Of a stretch of DNA of 41,012 bases, positions 39,946-41,012 are shown piece after piece (the first letter of the stretch is position 1; every line of letters starts with the position of its first letter). The notes below the pieces were generated by a model. That model was not told the DNA's origin. It saw only the letters and a program-made list of their open reading frames with translations, and ran no database searches. A program made the position numbers and the translations under genes. Origin of the DNA: an uncultured Methanosarcinales archaeon (GTDB taxonomy: Archaea > Nanobdellota > Nanobdellia > Woesearchaeales > DSVV01); contig CAZPXC010000005.1 in the NCBI GenBank assembly GCA_964590935.1, forward strand, positions 1 through 41,012, in the 5' to 3' direction.

Positions 39946-41012
39946 ATGAAAAGAGAGGTAATTGTTTTTGGGATCATATCTTTAGTAGGATTATTTATTT
40001 TTATTGAAGGGGTTAATGCTGCGATGATTAATGCCGCGAACTGTTCATTTGCTGATGTTTCTTCTGCAGTTGCTTCTGCTTCTTCTGGGGATACTGTGAA
40101 TGTTCCTGCTGGGAATTGCACTTGGTCAAGTACATTGACTATTAGCAAATCTATTTATCTTGCTGGTGCTGGACCATCATCTACAGTTATTTCTAGGTCT
40201 GTTGTGGGGAAAATTATCAGCGTCTCACTTTCATCTGATGTTCCTTTACGTATTTCTGGGTTTGGTTTTGTGTTTCCGACAAATCAACCCACCGGAGATT
40301 ATATGACAGCTATTTATGTTGTACGTGGAGTAGAGCTTACCCAAATAAGGATAGACCATAATGCTTTTACTAAAGGACATGGCACTCTTTTTATTACTGG
40401 TCAAGTCTATGGGGTTGCTGATAATAACCTATTCACTAATGTAAATGTGAATTATTTTGTTGGACCTGATGATCTTGCATGGAATGGCCCCATTGAAGCA
40501 GGAACAGCCAATGCCTTTTTCTTTGAGAATAATACTATAATTGTAAATGATGGTTCTGAAAGTAAAAGCCCGGATGCTGTAGTCTATATTCAAGAGGGAT
40601 CAAGTGTCGTTGTTAGGGATAACACCTTTAATGCTAGTGCATTTACTACTAGTAGTTCTGGTCTGACTATTCTCAATAATCATGGTAATCAAGGATATTA
40701 TCCTAGCGGATCAGTGAGACGTGCGAGTTCTATTTTTGAAGCCTACAACAATACTGTTGCGGATTACGGTGGTATCTATGGCAATATGTTTGGTATTCGA
40801 GGTGGATCTGTATTGATATATGATAATACAATTACCCAGACGAATATACATACATTTAGCAAATTAAATGAAGAAGAGGCATGGCAAACTGCATTTTTTT
40901 CTCCTTTAAGGACAGAATGGCCTGCTCAGGATCAGGTGTTTAATAGCTTTTATTGGGGTAATACTCTAAATGGAAACCCAGTTTACCCTACAGTTGATAC
41001 TAGTTCTACAAT
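39946..41012 (+). CDS. Array paralog P (3'-truncated by window edge): secreted protein of the 'INAA-CS / VPAGSCTW' class
   Basis: Absent from the ORF track because it has no stop in the window. Hand translation is open to the last base: MKREVIVFGIISLVGLFIFIEGVNAAMINAANCSFADVSSAVASASSGDTVNVPAGNCTWSSTLTISKSIYLAGAG...IRIDHNAF...VRDNTFNA...IYDNTITQ... Confidence 0.8.
   Translation, partial: MKREVIVFGIISLVGLFIFIEGVNAAMINAANCSFADVSSAVASASSGDTVNVPAGNCTWSSTLTISKSIYLAGAGPSSTVISRSVVGKIISVSLSSDVPLRISGFGFVFPTNQPTGDYMTAIYVVRGVELTQIRIDHNAFTKGHGTLFITGQVYGVADNNLFTNVNVNYFVGPDDLAWNGPIEAGTANAFFFENNTIIVNDGSESKSPDAVVYIQEGSSVVVRDNTFNASAFTTSSSGLTILNNHGNQGYYPSGSVRRASSIFEAYNNTVADYGGIYGNMFGIRGGSVLIYDNTITQTNIHTFSKLNEEEAWQTAFFSPLRTEWPAQDQVFNSFYWGNTLNGNPVYPTVDTSST

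Noticed and set aside
11532-41012. Reading the periodic ~270-nt junction repeats as a CRISPR array, or the array as a DGR variable-protein locus
   Set aside because: The repeats are 1.4-2.9 kb apart, are protein-coding (tag plus signal peptide) and are imperfect, so this is not a CRISPR array. For a DGR, no reverse transcriptase or template repeat is present. The conserved segment is the C-terminus rather than a hypervariable one, and differences between copies show no adenine-specific pattern that I could see.

Overview
This 41-kb window looks archaeal. A/T-rich TATA/BRE-like boxes end about 21 nt upstream of start codons (mostly leaderless mRNAs), and it encodes a Rio1 kinase, TatA and IMPDH. 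**nt 1-11.5k** hold a mixed set: the 3' half of an Lrp/AsnC-like regulator; an S8 subtilase with a ~410-aa N-terminal extension and no signal peptide; a 920-aa cysteine-rich, membrane-anchored surface protein; an upstream lipoprotein sharing its beta-sandwich domain; Rio1; a rhodanese; a ferritin-like protein; a divergent RelA/SpoT-like nucleotidyltransferase; a 56-aa TatA missing from the ORF track; and guaB. **nt 11.5k-41k**, running off the right edge, are one co-directional array of 16 paralogous secreted proteins (A-P). Each is built as [TATA box + leaderless start + signal peptide] - [variable 400-900 aa body: four kinds of right-handed beta-helix or a double jelly-roll] - [46-aa C-terminal tag, consensus C-x-SGADSDGDSVVS-xx-EL-xx-YIS-x-WK-x-G-x-V-x-I-x-DLIAAI-x-EWKNGC-stop]. 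The tag is an internally duplicated dockerin/EF-hand-like module, bracketed by two Cys and ending exactly at the C-terminus. No cohesin-like partner is recognisable in the window. Several observations suggest a recombining cassette system for a docked extracellular enzyme/adhesin arsenal:
- The ~270-nt tag + promoter + signal-peptide junctions are much better conserved in DNA than the bodies.
- Perfect 40-80 nt identity patches link non-adjacent paralogs.
- Signal-peptide type and body class are uncoupled.
- Gene F is a fusion of two bodies with the junction deleted.
- GC content jumps between bodies.

I saw no rRNA, tRNA, CRISPR, transposase, integrase or reverse transcriptase. All family calls are by eye from motifs; no database search was possible.
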